Of a DNA stretch of 64,000 bases, positions 1-15,748 are shown one piece after another (position 1 is the first letter of the stretch; every line of letters starts with the position of its first letter). The position numbers and the translations under genes are program-made. Source of the stretch: Ascoidea asiatica JCM 7603 (Eukaryota; Fungi; Ascomycota); NCBI GenBank assembly GCA_001600695.1, contig BCKQ01000001.1, forward strand, positions 2,549,521 through 2,613,520, given 5' to 3'. The notes under the pieces were generated by a model, which saw nothing but the letters and a program-made list of their open reading frames with translations, ran no database searches and was not told the DNA's origin.

Positions 1-1
1 T

Positions 2-205
2 TCAAACAAAAAATTATTATTAAAACAAAAAATTGTTTTATCCTTTGAAAATTATTGCTCAAATTTAAATATATCTAAAATTTTATTAAAAAAAGGTTTC
101 AAACTTATAAGTAAACAGCCTTTCAATAATATTCTTGGTCTTTATTTCAATTTTACTGAAGATCATTACGAATTATATATTGATGTTAATGATCAAGCTC
201 AATAA
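2..205 (+). CDS. Probable 3' end of a gene entering from upstream of the window (…SNKKLLLKQKIVLSFENYCSNLNISK…YIDVNDQAQ*), unknown product
   Basis: Frame 2 is open from base 2 to TAA at 203-205 (67 codons), with AT-ending codons like neighbouring genes. It converges on the CCT7 3' end. Not in the ORF track because it has no start codon. Confidence 0.5.
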   Translation, partial: SNKKLLLKQKIVLSFENYCSNLNISKILLKKGFKLISKQPFNNILGLYFNFTEDHYELYIDVNDQAQ

Positions 206-352
206 TTATTTTGTAATTTATCTCATATACAGTATAAACTTGAATTTATATATATTTTTTCTATCTTTTTAATTTTTTGTAATCTTATATACATTTATTT
301 TTAATAAATATAATTATAATATAAAAAAAAGGTAAATAAAATCAAAATTTCA

Positions 353-2161
353 TTAACGAGGAATTCCACGACCACGACCTGCTGCTTGTGCTGCCATACT
401 TGCATCTGCTTTCTGACTTTCTTGATTTTTAATAGTTTCATCAACACTTAAAATTAAACATGCCGCTTCACAAGCACTACTTAATGCATTTTTTTTAATT
501 AATGTTGGCTCCCAAACAAACTTTTCCATATTATTTGAAATTGATTCAGTCTCAAAATCAATACCTGCCCAAGTTTCTCCTTTTGCATGTGCCATTCTTA
601 ATTTATTTAAAAGATCGGTACCATCAAATCCTGCATTTTCACATAATTCTCTTGGAATAATTTCTAAAGCTTTTGCATATGCTGCAATGATTAATTGTTG
701 TTTACCTGCAATAGTTTTTGAATAATCCCTTAAATATTTTGATAATTCCATTTCAATTGCACCACCACCTGCAACAATATCTTTATTTTTAATTGCTCTT
801 TTAACAATCATAATTGCATCATGTAAAGATCTTTCAACTTCTTCAATAACTTGTTCTGCACCACCTCTTAAAATTAATGAACAAGTTTTTGCCTTTGGAC
901 AACCATTGAAAATATTATATCTTTTATTACCAATTTGTCTTTCTTCAAATAATTCACATGTACCTAATATATTTTTATTAATATTACTAAATTCAGTGGT
1001 TTCCTCAATATCATTTAAATTAGATACAGTTGTTTGAATTGAACCACCAACTGCACTAATAGTTCTTTCAATATCTTCATTTGAAACTCTACCTGCACAA
1101 AATATATCTCTATCGGCGAAATATTGAGTAGCTAAATCACCTATTGGTAATTTAGATAAAACAATATTTGCACCAGATTTTACAATTAGTTTTAATTTAT
1201 CAAAAATTATATCCCATTCAGCGTCAACAATTGATTGATAATCTTCAACATTGGAAACTCTAATTTCTGCATTATCTCTTTCAGCTTTTAATTCTAATTC
1301 AATATTAAGACAAATAATTTTTGGATTTATAATTTTTTTTGGCTGTTGTTCAAAACCAGCATATGAAAAAGTTTTTTCAAAAGCAACACCTTGAATAAAT
1401 AAAGAGTCATCTATACTACCACCTGGAATTTTTTTAATTCCTATAAAATTTTCATTTAAATCATTTTGATCTAAAGATAAAACGGCATCAACAGCTAATT
1501 TAGTGAAAAAATCAGAAGAATTACTGATTAATTTTGAAGAAATTGCAGTTTTTGCTAATCTAATTAAAGTTTGATAGTTGATTTTTTCTTCACTTTCTTT
1601 GCTTTCATCATTATTTTCTTCATCTATTTCCTCATTATTTTCTTGATCATTATCTTCTTCATTTTCTAATTTCTCATTACTATTACTTGTATTATCAATG
1701 TTATTATATTTATTAATATCTGAAGTCTTGATTGAAATTTGATTGATTTTTTTTATTGCTAAAGAAGTTGCTTTTTTAAAAGCTTTTGCTATTATAATTG
1801 GGGATATACCTTCTTCAATGAAATTCTTTGATTCTTTTAAAAATTCCGAAGCTAATATAGTTACAGTAGTTGTACCGTCACCAACTTCAGAATCCTGAGA
1901 TCTTGAAATATCAACTAAAATTTTTGCAGCAGGATGAATGATATCTAATAATCTTAAAATGGTTGCACCATCATTTGAAATAATTGATTTTCCATTTCCA
2001 TCAACTAATAATATATCAGAACCTAAAGGACCTAAAGTTGATTTTAAAGTATCTTGAATTGCTAAACATGCGTTTATATTTGAAATAATCTGACCTTTTC
2101 CTTGAGAAGTATCGGTACCTTCCTTTAATACAACAATTGTTGGGGCTTGTCCAAAACTCAT
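353..2161 (-). CDS. CCT7: T-complex protein 1 (CCT/TRiC) subunit eta
   Basis: N-terminal [26 protein letters not shown], chaperonin motifs GDGTTT and SNDGATIL, eta-type [15 protein letters not shown] and C-terminal GRGRG. Confidence 0.97.
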   Translation of the reverse strand: MSFGQAPTIVVLKEGTDTSQGKGQIISNINACLAIQDTLKSTLGPLGSDILLVDGNGKSIISNDGATILRLLDIIHPAAKILVDISRSQDSEVGDGTTTVTILASEFLKESKNFIEEGISPIIIAKAFKKATSLAIKKINQISIKTSDINKYNNIDNTSNSNEKLENEEDNDQENNEEIDEENNDESKESEEKINYQTLIRLAKTAISSKLISNSSDFFTKLAVDAVLSLDQNDLNENFIGIKKIPGGSIDDSLFIQGVAFEKTFSYAGFEQQPKKIINPKIICLNIELELKAERDNAEIRVSNVEDYQSIVDAEWDIIFDKLKLIVKSGANIVLSKLPIGDLATQYFADRDIFCAGRVSNEDIERTISAVGGSIQTTVSNLNDIEETTEFSNINKNILGTCELFEERQIGNKRYNIFNGCPKAKTCSLILRGGAEQVIEEVERSLHDAIMIVKRAIKNKDIVAGGGAIEMELSKYLRDYSKTIAGKQQLIIAAYAKALEIIPRELCENAGFDGTDLLNKLRMAHAKGETWAGIDFETESISNNMEKFVWEPTLIKKNALSSACEAACLILSVDETIKNQESQKADASMAAQAAGRGRGIPR

Positions 2162-2499
2162 TATTTGATAAGCTATAATAAAATTGAAAATCTACAATTG
2201 ACAATTAACAATTGATATAAATTGAAATTGAACTTAATATATTTGAAAAAAAGCAAATAAATCTATAGTATTACTGTAAATTAATTAAAAAATGGTTCAC
2301 GAATTGTTGATTTAATTTTTGCCGTTGAAATATTTTTTTTAGCAAAATCAGAATTAACAACAATCAAAAAGGAAGCAGAGAAATACAACTATTCAAAGTC
2401 ACGTTTAAAAATCACCCTCGGAACTAAAAATGCCAACTTAAAATAATAAATTGAAAAGGAATCCAAAAATACGGCTTCAGCTTTTACTTTGGAGTACAA

Positions 2500-2995
2500 A
2501 TGGAAACCCCATTATAGTGGCGATATTGTTTTATATACCACGTGGGTAAAGTGTAGGACTGTTGAAAAACCGAACATGTCCTAGGGCTCTTGTGAGAAGG
2601 CCCAGGTAGCACAGCGTGGTGTAGAGCTGCTGGAAGGCCACTGATAATGTGGTTTTGCGCACAAGTGCCCCGAAAATACGCGTTCCGGGTCCCGGAACGT
2701 GGCGCTGGGGGCGATCTGGTTAAAAAGCACTGGAAGCGGCTCGTTCACGGTACGAATGTGCCAGTTGTCAGGGACAACTTTACAGTGATACAGCGATAAC
2801 AGCCAGAGTGAGTAACGTGACTAGGAAGTTATCAGCACTGGAGCAACCGTGGAGCAGTGTTTGCTGCCGGCTTGCTGTTGGTTTGCTGCTATTGTCGCCA
2901 GTGTTGATATTGCTACTTGTTGTACTTGTTGTACTTAATGATGTTTCGGTGTTTCCAAGGTCTGGGCTCCACCACTGCACCATTGCACAGCACTA
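2500..2995. promoter_or_regulatory. GC-rich island in the divergent CCT7 / FPK1 promoter, with a CACGTG E-box at about 2539-2544
   Basis: Abrupt CpG-rich stretch between AT-rich flanks. The short ORFs here have no recognisable homology. Confidence 0.55.
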
Positions 2996-3698
2996 TTAAT
3001 ATCCAATGCATATTCAATATTTTATATCCAATACAACAAAACAATAAAGAACGTTCACTTCATACTATTTATTTACTGTTTAATATGTATTTAAAACATC
3101 AAAAATACTTGATATTAGCTATTAAATATCATAATTATACAATAACTTTATTAAAATATCAAAGAACCATTAAATATCAATTATATGATATTCTTTTGAA
3201 TTGCTTATTCTTATTCTGTAAATAAATATTTGTTCTCAATTCTCATTTCTCAATTTCTATCGTTAATTTTAATTCTACTGTATTTCTTTTCAATTATTCC
3301 ATATTCTTTATTTTATTTCTTCTATCTATCTATTTAGGAGCTATATTTTGTTTTCTTCAATTTACTCCAAAACTTTATAACCAGTATTTCAAAATATCAA
3401 AAACCTAAGATCAAAAATAAAATATTTAATATTAAATATTAATCTAATAATTTGTGAATTATACTAAGCTTTTAGACCTTTTGAAAGTTATTACTTCTTC
3501 AATTTTTTGAATCAATTTGAACTTATTTCATTTAACTTCCTTTCATTATATTTTAACATCCTTCGGATTTACATATATATATATTAAATATTTATATATA
3601 TTGAAGTTAACTAATTACTAAATCCTTTTATTTCAATTTATTTATTATCTTTTGAAATTATGTTTATAACTTATTAAATCAAAAAGATATAAACTATA

Positions 3699-8192
<4,494 letters not shown>

Positions 8193-8823
8193 GAAGGTTT
8201 ATTAACTTGTAAATTTTTGTTTTTATTAATTTGGGGATTGTTTGAAAAATATTTATCTTCTAGAGGAAGAGCTAAATATTAATACAAAATGCATTCATTT
8301 TTTTTTTTAAAATTTTGTTTTGTTCTGTTTCAATTTTCTTTTTACTCCTTTTTTTATTCTTTTTTCTCATTATTCATCATAAATTAGGTTTTAATACGTC
8401 TTTCAATTCATTTTTTATTGTTTACTAATTGAAAAACCTCAACCTTATTTTTTTTTATTACTCGTAGTCTTTGACTGAAAAGAATTTTGAGCGATTGCGT
8501 TTATTGAACTATCTTTTTTGTTTCAATCATGTTAAATTTACAACTTTATTCAGTATATACTGTTTATTTTTTTTACATTTAGAGTTTTATTTATTATTTC
8601 TTGACATATATATATTTTTGATATAGAAAAAATTATGTAATTTTTAAATGAACCATATTCTCAGATTAATTTTTTTTTTTTTTCTTAAAGAATAAAAACA
8701 AGATAATTAAGTAAGTATTTGTAGAATAATAATAGAAAAATAAATATCTGAAGGTATATGTATAGAAAATAATTCTTAAAATGGTGAAAATGAAGAAAGA
8801 AAAAAAAAAAAGACAACCAATAT

Positions 8824-10230
8824 TTAAAAAGCATCATCAATAAAGCATCCAATTATCCAAACATTAATAGAAAAAAATATTAATGAGGATAAGAAAAGAT
8901 GAGGATAAAATATAGGTTTACCTAAGAATTCTAAATTATAAGCATTCATTAACCATATAGCTTGACCAATTATCCAAAAAATTAAAATAAAAAATCCTTT
9001 TAAATAATTTTTATTTAAAAATTTTGAATCTGATAAAACAAAAGGTAAAAAAAATAAAAACCAAATAAAATATTGAGAAGTTATAACTTTATTAAAAGTA
9101 ACAAAAACAAAAGTTTGTAAAAATAAAGATTTTAATAATAATGAATTTCTTTTAATTAAAGAAATATTTGAAAAAGTGTTTAATAATATTGGAATTAATA
9201 TTGTTGAGATTAAAAATTGAGGTAAAAAAGAAATTTTTGAGAAATCATAAATGGAAATAATATTGATTGAATGTAAATAAGATTCAAAATATAAAGAAAT
9301 ATTATATAAAGAGAAATTATGACGATGATCAATTCTTGAAAGATGATAAATATAAGAATTAAATAAAAATTCATAACCATAAAATTTGAACATAATTAAG
9401 TTTAATAATAATATTGAAAAAAGTAATGAAATTAAAAAAATGTAAAGATTAAAATTTGATAATATTGAAAATATAAAATTTTTTATATTATTTTTTTTTG
9501 AAATTTTATTATTTAAATTAAAATTATTAAAAATAATATAAAAAATTATTGAAGGTAAATAAATAATTGGATAAATTTTAAAATGAATAGAAAATGCTAA
9601 AAAAAATGCAGAAATTAAATGATTTTTTTTAATTATTAAGAAATATATGGAAGTAATGATTAAAAAAGATAATAAACTTTCAGAAGAACCTCTTGTACTT
9701 ATGGTGATTACCATTGGATTTAATAACCAAATTGAAGTTAAAATTAAATTTTTTTTAGAATTATTATTATAATTACTATTATTATTACTATTACTATTAC
9801 TATTACTATTATTAAATAAGGTAATTTCATTTAATAGTTTATATATAAATAAACCAGTTAATAAATCAAATATAATAAATAAAAATTTTCCAAAAGAAAA
9901 AAAAAAGAGATTTAAAATTTTTATAAAAATTTGATTAAGATTAAAAGAATTGAAATTAAATGAAGTTGGTAATAATAACCAAGATAATAATGGAGTATAT
10001 CTATAAGTTTGTCTTAAATATGGAGAATTTTTAAAATTTTTAAAAATAAAATTTGAAGCATCTGTAAAAACATAATAATCAATATCAGTATATTTAATTA
10101 ACATTGTTGAATCTTGATATAAACCAAATAAAAAAAAACATAATCGTAATATTGATGAAATTATTATTAAATGTTTTAAAGATATATAATTATTATTAAT
10201 ATATGAATTTAAAAATTTTGAATATAACAT
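8824..10230 (-). CDS. GPI14: GPI mannosyltransferase 1 (PIG-M)
   Basis: KYTDIDYYVFTDA, SPYLRQTYRYTPLL, WLLNPMVITISTRGSSE, HFKIYPIIY, RIDHRHNFS, FVTFNKVITSQYFIW; polytopic membrane protein. Confidence 0.96.
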   Translation of the reverse strand: MLYSKFLNSYINNNYISLKHLIIISSILRLCFFLFGLYQDSTMLIKYTDIDYYVFTDASNFIFKNFKNSPYLRQTYRYTPLLSWLLLPTSFNFNSFNLNQIFIKILNLFFFSFGKFLFIIFDLLTGLFIYKLLNEITLFNNSNSNSNSNNNSNYNNNSKKNLILTSIWLLNPMVITISTRGSSESLLSFLIITSIYFLIIKKNHLISAFFLAFSIHFKIYPIIYLPSIIFYIIFNNFNLNNKISKKNNIKNFIFSILSNFNLYIFLISLLFSILLLNLIMFKFYGYEFLFNSYIYHLSRIDHRHNFSLYNISLYFESYLHSINIISIYDFSKISFLPQFLISTILIPILLNTFSNISLIKRNSLLLKSLFLQTFVFVTFNKVITSQYFIWFLFFLPFVLSDSKFLNKNYLKGFFILIFWIIGQAIWLMNAYNLEFLGKPIFYPHLFLSSLIFFSINVWIIGCFIDDAF

Positions 10231-10312
10231 TTTTATTTTTTTTTGGAAATAATTTTATATTTGAATTGAGATTATCATGATATATTTATCTGATTATGAT
10301 TCCTTTGATACT

Positions 10313-10344
10313 TTGTCTTTGTCTTTGTCTTTGTCTTTGTCTTT
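10313..10344. repeat. (GTCTTT)n hexamer microsatellite
   Basis: About 5 tandem copies upstream of GPI14. Confidence 0.85.
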
Positions 10345-10562
10345 AGCTATGTTTATTATAATTTTGAATGAATATGATGATCTTTATTGAATAATTCAAG
10401 TAATTTGAATACTTTTCTTTAATTTGGATGGTGTTGTTGTTGTTGTTGTTGTGAAAAAGATAGTTTTGGACGGACCACTGCAGCGGGAGCAATGCAGCTG
10501 GACGTGGAAAGCAAGTCCTCATACAGCCTTTAGAGTCTTTTTGCATGGTTGAATGCGCCACT

Positions 10563-12215
10563 TTATTGCCACGTATCGCCACTTGCATCGCCACTTTCAC
10601 TGTAATACGCACTGCCACAATTGCCCTTTCTGCTTCTGTTAATTACACGATTTTTAAATCTTTTACAATTAGCAAAAGAAGTGGTGAAGTTGCCAGCTGC
10701 CAGTGTTAAAGTTTTACAAAGTGAAAGACTATTTTTTTTACAAACTAAATCGTTATCATTATTTTCTTCTAAAAGAACAAAATCGTTTCCTATAAAACTA
10801 CTTATTTCTTTCATTATATGATCGAAATCATTATTAGAATCGAAACCACCATCATTATTGTTATTGTTATTGTTATTGTTATTATAACCGCCGTCATTAT
10901 TATTGTCATTATTATTGTCATTATTGTTCTCATGACCGTTGTAAAAATTTTCTTCTCCATTAGAATCAAAATTTTCATTACCAAAAGCATTACCATTACC
11001 ATTACCATTTTTGTTGTTATTATTGTTGTTATTATTGTTATTGTGGTTATTGAACATTTCACCATCAATAATTGAATCAAAGAATTGATCTTCAATATTT
11101 GTGTTTAAATTTGAATTAATATTAAAATTATTAAAATTGAAATCATTAAAATTTGAGTTATTTGAATTTGAATTATTTGAATTTTTATTTAATTTATCAT
11201 TATTTGAATTGTTAAATAAATAATTAAAATTAAATTCTTCAAATAAATTAGAACCAAAAGATTCATTAGAATTTGAGTTTGAGTTTGAATCATTATTAGA
11301 ATTGAAATTAGAATTTGAATCAGAATATGTAAATTCGGAAGTTTTATTAGTTTTAGACTTACTTTTGGTTTTATTTTTATTTATTTTATTTTTACTTATT
11401 TTATTTTTACTTATTTTATTTTTTTTAATATTATTTTTAATAGTAATTTTTGAATTATTAAATTCATATTCTCTTTGAAATAGTTCATCTTTTGCATCAT
11501 AAAATAAGAATTTTAAATTAGAATTAGAAATTTTTGTATTTGTATTTGTATTTGTATTTGTATTTTGTTTTTTAATTTTATTATTTGTATTTGTAATTAA
11601 AGAATCAATTGAAGTTGATGGGGATAAAGTTGGAGATAAATTTGAGATTGTTGATAAATGAAGATAATTATTATTTAAAATTATATTATTTTTAAGTAAA
11701 GAATTTTCATTAATTAAAAGATTTAATTTTGATTTTAAATCTAAATTTTCTTTTAATAAATTATTATTTAAATCTTCTAAATTTTTAACTTTATGTTTTT
11801 GTCTTTCTCTAAAATTTCTTTGAGCTGTTAAAATTTGTAATTGTCTTTTAGTTTTTGAATCATTTGAAGTTTGTTTTCTACCAGCTTTTTTTTTTTTATC
11901 ATTATCATTTTTAAAAATTTTATTTTCATTTATTTTATTATTATTTTGAGAATTTAAAATTGGAGATAAATTTGGATCAATTAAAACATCTTTACAAGAA
12001 ACAGAAATAATATTGTTATTATTAATATTACTATCATTTGAAGATTGATTATTTGAAGAAGAAGTTGGAGAAGAGATTATGAAATCTAAATCATTAATAT
12101 TTAAAAGATCTTTTAATGAATGATCTGAATTAATATTTGTAATATTATTTTTATTTGAAGAATCAAAATCAAAATCAAAATCCAAATCAAAAGAAGATAA
12201 AGAAGATAAAGACAT
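10563..12215 (-). CDS. Divergent Yap/AP-1-like bZIP transcription factor, Asn-rich, with a Cys-containing C-terminus
   Basis: KKKAGRKQ…KTKRQLQILTAQRNFRERQKHKVKNLED followed by a heptad leucine zipper matches the Yap basic region (KRKAQNRAAQRAFRERKE) with substitutions. Confidence 0.75.
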   Translation of the reverse strand: MSLSSLSSFDLDFDFDFDSSNKNNITNINSDHSLKDLLNINDLDFIISSPTSSSNNQSSNDSNINNNNIISVSCKDVLIDPNLSPILNSQNNNKINENKIFKNDNDKKKKAGRKQTSNDSKTKRQLQILTAQRNFRERQKHKVKNLEDLNNNLLKENLDLKSKLNLLINENSLLKNNIILNNNYLHLSTISNLSPTLSPSTSIDSLITNTNNKIKKQNTNTNTNTNTKISNSNLKFLFYDAKDELFQREYEFNNSKITIKNNIKKNKISKNKISKNKINKNKTKSKSKTNKTSEFTYSDSNSNFNSNNDSNSNSNSNESFGSNLFEEFNFNYLFNNSNNDKLNKNSNNSNSNNSNFNDFNFNNFNINSNLNTNIEDQFFDSIIDGEMFNNHNNNNNNNNNNKNGNGNGNAFGNENFDSNGEENFYNGHENNNDNNNDNNNDGGYNNNNNNNNNNDGGFDSNNDFDHIMKEISSFIGNDFVLLEENNDNDLVCKKNSLSLCKTLTLAAGNFTTSFANCKRFKNRVINRSRKGNCGSAYYSESGDASGDTWQ

Positions 12216-12429
12216 TATTAAGATAATTAATTGATTAAGAAAATAAAATAAGAAATGATATAAATAAGATATAGAAAATTAGAGAAATAAATAAATTGAA
12301 ATATAAAAAGCAAAAAAATAGAAAAAGGAAATTGAATTTTATTGAAAAACAGAGAATTGGAAGATATTTAAGTGATTTTTAATCAAAAGTTATGAGGAAG
12401 TTTTGATTTTGAGAGCAAATTCGGATCTT

Positions 12430-12800
12430 TTCAGCTGGGACACGAAACTGGATTGAGCTTCCGTCCGCGACACTGCGGACACTCTGCGAACACTCCGCGG
12501 ATGCCCAGCACATACAAAAGACCTGTTAGCGAACAGAACAATGTTCTTTTATTGGGAAAGGAAAGAGGGAGGAGGGAGGCGTGGCGGTGGCTTGTTCGCC
12601 AGAGACCAGGCTGGGGACCCGGGCGCAGTCGTCGAGAGGATTTCAAATCACTCGCAGAAAACGGAAATAATTTCGAATTTCGAATTTCAAATTTCAAATT
12701 TCAATTTTCAGCGTACCAGAAAAAGAAGTTTTAAAGTTGGCCGTTGTCTGGGAAGCCGTGGAGGTGGTTCTGGTGCTTGACCCGTTGGAGTGGTCTCAAA
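12430..12800. promoter_or_regulatory. GC-rich island in the divergent bZIP / RKM2 promoter
   Basis: CpG-rich block between two extremely AT-rich genes. Confidence 0.55.
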
Positions 12801-12926
12801 GAATAGTCATGAAAAATTACTATTATATCAAATAGAATGAATTGAATTGAATTAAATTAAATTAAATGTATTGAAATGAATTAAATGTATTGAAGTTATT
12901 GAATTGAAATGTATTGAATATTGATA

Positions 12927-12942
12927 ATGAAGAGAAATATAA

Positions 12943-12973
<31 letters not shown>

Positions 12974-14432
12974 TGATGTAGAATGTTTGATAGATTGGTT
13001 AAAGAAAAGTGAATATTTTTATTTAAATAAGAATTTAAAAATAACTAAAGATAAAATTTATGGAAATTCAATTTTTTTAAAAGATAATAAAATTATATTA
13101 AAAAATGAGAAATTAATTTCAATTTCATATAATTCTTTAATAAATTGTAAGAATATAATAATAAATTTAATAAAATTTAAAAAAGATAATGAATTTAATG
13201 AATTTAATGAAGATAAGATATATAAATTTTATAAAGAAGTTAATATAAAATATTTATTAAATGAAAATAAAGAAATAAATTCATTTGAATTAATACCATT
13301 ATATTTAATATTAGAAAAAAATTTATATTCAAATTCAAAAATTTTTAATTTTATAAAAATTTTACCAAAATTATCAAATTTTAGTAATTCAATTTTTATA
13401 AATTATATTTTAAATGAAAATAATGAAACTATTAAATATTTACCAAATTCAATGAAAATTCATTTAAATAAAATGAAATTTAAATTTTTAAAAAATTATA
13501 AATTTATTAAAGATTTTATAAATAAAAATAATTATGAATATATTAATGAATTTATAAATTTAAAAGAATTTTTATGGGGATGGTTTAATTTAAATACAAG
13601 ATGTTTATATATGAATTTAAGTAATATAGAAAGTGAAAGTAGTATAATTATCAAAGATATTAAATATGATAATTTAGTTATGGCACCATTAATAGATTTT
13701 ATTAATCATTCAAATGACAATGAAGAGATGATTAATTGTGAATTAAATTTTAATAATTATAATCAAAGTTTTAATGTTATTAATAATATAATTGGAAATA
13801 AATATATGAATAATTTATTTAATAAATTTAAGGATAAACAAATTTATTTTTCATATGGACCACATTCCAATGAATTTTTATTAATTGAATATGGATTTAA
13901 ATTAAATAAATTTAATAAATGGAATTTAATTAATTTAAATAAAGAAATTAAAGAATTAATTAATGAAAAAAATTTTATTTTAAATAAAACAAATAAATTT
14001 GAAAAATTAAATTTTATAAAATATTTAAAAAAAATTAATTATTTTAATAATTATAGTATAAATTTTAATGAAATAAGTTTTAGAATTTTAATTTTTTTTA
14101 AAATTTTAAATATTTTTAAAAATTTTATTAATAATAATAATAAAAAAGATAAAAAAGATAATGAAATGAAATTTAATAAAGAAATTTTAAAAATTGAATT
14201 AATTTTAAATGGAAAATTATTTATTGAAGATTTAAAAGAATATAAAGAAATTTTAAAAGATATTAAAGTTTTTTTAAATTCAATTAAATTAAAATATGAA
14301 AATTTATTATCAAAATTGTTATTATTAAAAAAAGATAAAGATAAAGATAAAGATAAATATTCAATTTTATTTGAGATTTATAATGAAAGAATTGAAATTT
14401 TAAATAAACATATAAATGAAGAGGATCCATGA
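12927..14432 (+). CDS. RKM2: SET-domain ribosomal lysine methyltransferase, Rkm2-like (first ATG at 12927)
   Basis: LWGWFNLNTRCLYM, MAPLIDFINHS and IYFSYGPHSNEFLLIEYGF are typical Rkm2/SETD4 SET motifs. Confidence 0.8.
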
Positions 14433-14596
14433 AAGTGGTGTTGTTTAATCCGCTGTACGGATATCATTTGAATAATGCGGAAGACAAAAAGAATATTTGA
14501 AGAAGAAAGAAAGAAGAAAGAAAGAAAGAAGAATGAAAACAGGTTATTTATTTATGTAGTCTTGTTATTAGATATATAGTTATAGAAGAAGTAAGA

Positions 14597-15304
14597 ATGT
14601 TTAAAAAGAGAAAGATTATAAGGAAAAAGAAGATATCAGTAGGTAAAAGATATTTAGATATCTTAGAAGAAGATAAGAAAGATAAGAAAGATAAGAAAGA
14701 TAATGAAATAATCATAAAAGAAGATAATAATAGAAGTAATAAAATTAATAAAATTAATAAAAATGAATCAGTAATTAAGAAACAAAATGAGAAATTTGAA
14801 AAAGATAATAGAATAATGAAAGAATTAAATAATAATAAATATAAAATTGAAAAAGATAAAAAGGATATTAATAATAATATTAATAATAATATTAATAATG
14901 AAATTAGTACTGATTTTCAACGAGATATTTGTAAAGATTTTAAACAAAATGGATATTGTGGATTTGGAGATACTTGTAAGTTTTTACATATTCGAGACGA
15001 ATTTGAACCGAATTTGAAATTGAGAGGTGATAATAAAGATAAAGAATGGATTATCAGCAAAGATGGAAGAGATGCCACTGGTGAAGAAGAAGAAGAAGAA
15101 GAAGAAGAAGAAGAGAAGAAGTGCAGCATTTGCAGGGGAGACATGGAAGAAGCAGTGAAAACAGTCTGCAACCACTGGTTTTGCCAGCAGTGCTTCTTGA
15201 ACAGATACAAACACAAAAAGATCAAAACCTGCTTCAAGTGCAGAGCAGCAACAAACGGAATCATGATTCCAGCCACACAAACAACGAAGAAGAGCGCAAA
15301 GTGA
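14597..15304 (+). CDS. CWC24: Pre-mRNA splicing factor Cwc24 (CCCH zinc finger + RING)
   Basis: DFQRDICKDFKQNGYCGFGDTCKFLHIRD (CCCH) and CSIC…CNHWFCQQC…CFKC…TNG (RING). Confidence 0.93.
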   Translation: MFKKRKIIRKKKISVGKRYLDILEEDKKDKKDKKDNEIIIKEDNNRSNKINKINKNESVIKKQNEKFEKDNRIMKELNNNKYKIEKDKKDINNNINNNINNEISTDFQRDICKDFKQNGYCGFGDTCKFLHIRDEFEPNLKLRGDNKDKEWIISKDGRDATGEEEEEEEEEEEKKCSICRGDMEEAVKTVCNHWFCQQCFLNRYKHKKIKTCFKCRAATNGIMIPATQTTKKSAK

Positions 15305-15520
15305 GCGGATGGAGATACACAGGTATTAATAGCAGTGGTGGTGCTTGGCAGCAGTGGCAAGTGTCTTGGGACAGGGATTGTTCCAGATCGGTGCCAGATT
15401 GGGGCTTGTCTGGTGCTGCTTCTGCTGCTTCTGCTGCTCGGTTTCCCCAGTGCCACCCCCGGCAGCACACTGGAACTGGCCCACAACGGTTCCAGGCCAG
15501 ACAAAGACCTCTTTTGCACT
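15050..15520. promoter_or_regulatory. GC-rich island overlapping the CWC24 3' end and upstream of ORF 15749
   Basis: Sharp rise in GC; CWC24 codons become C/G-ending (TGC, AAC, CAC, AAG) inside it. Confidence 0.55.
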
Positions 15521-15582
15521 GAAATATAAATGAAATATAAATGAAATATAAATGAAATATAAATGAAATATAAATGAAATAT
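15520..15582. repeat. 11-bp tandem repeat (TGAAATATAAA)n
   Basis: About 5.7 perfect copies directly abutting the GC island, followed by (ATTCTT/ATTCTA)n at about 15622-15677. Confidence 0.9.
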
Positions 15583-15748
15583 CCAACTGAATTCTCAAGG
15601 CTATAAATATTCTTTTATTCCTTCTTATTCTTATTCTAATTCTTATTCTAATTCTTATTCTAATTCTAATTCTTATACATTTTAAATCTATCAAATCTAT
15701 AATATCTTTGGATTGTATTGGAATATCTTTCGGATATATTAGTATATA

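Noticed and set aside
2780-3225. Short ORFs in GC islands (also at 12431-12780, 14917-15533, 28879-29545, 36046-36366, 47854-48332, 51533-52109, 57030-57394, 61654-61896)
   Set aside because: Mostly non-ATG starts, overlapping in several frames, no recognisable domains, and codon usage unlike real genes; expected from stop-codon scarcity in GC-rich DNA.
10343-10618. ORF overlapping the bZIP C-terminus as a possible frameshifted continuation
   Set aside because: No Yap c-CRD or other motif in the alternative frame and no slippery site noticed; it lies in the GPI14 promoter island.
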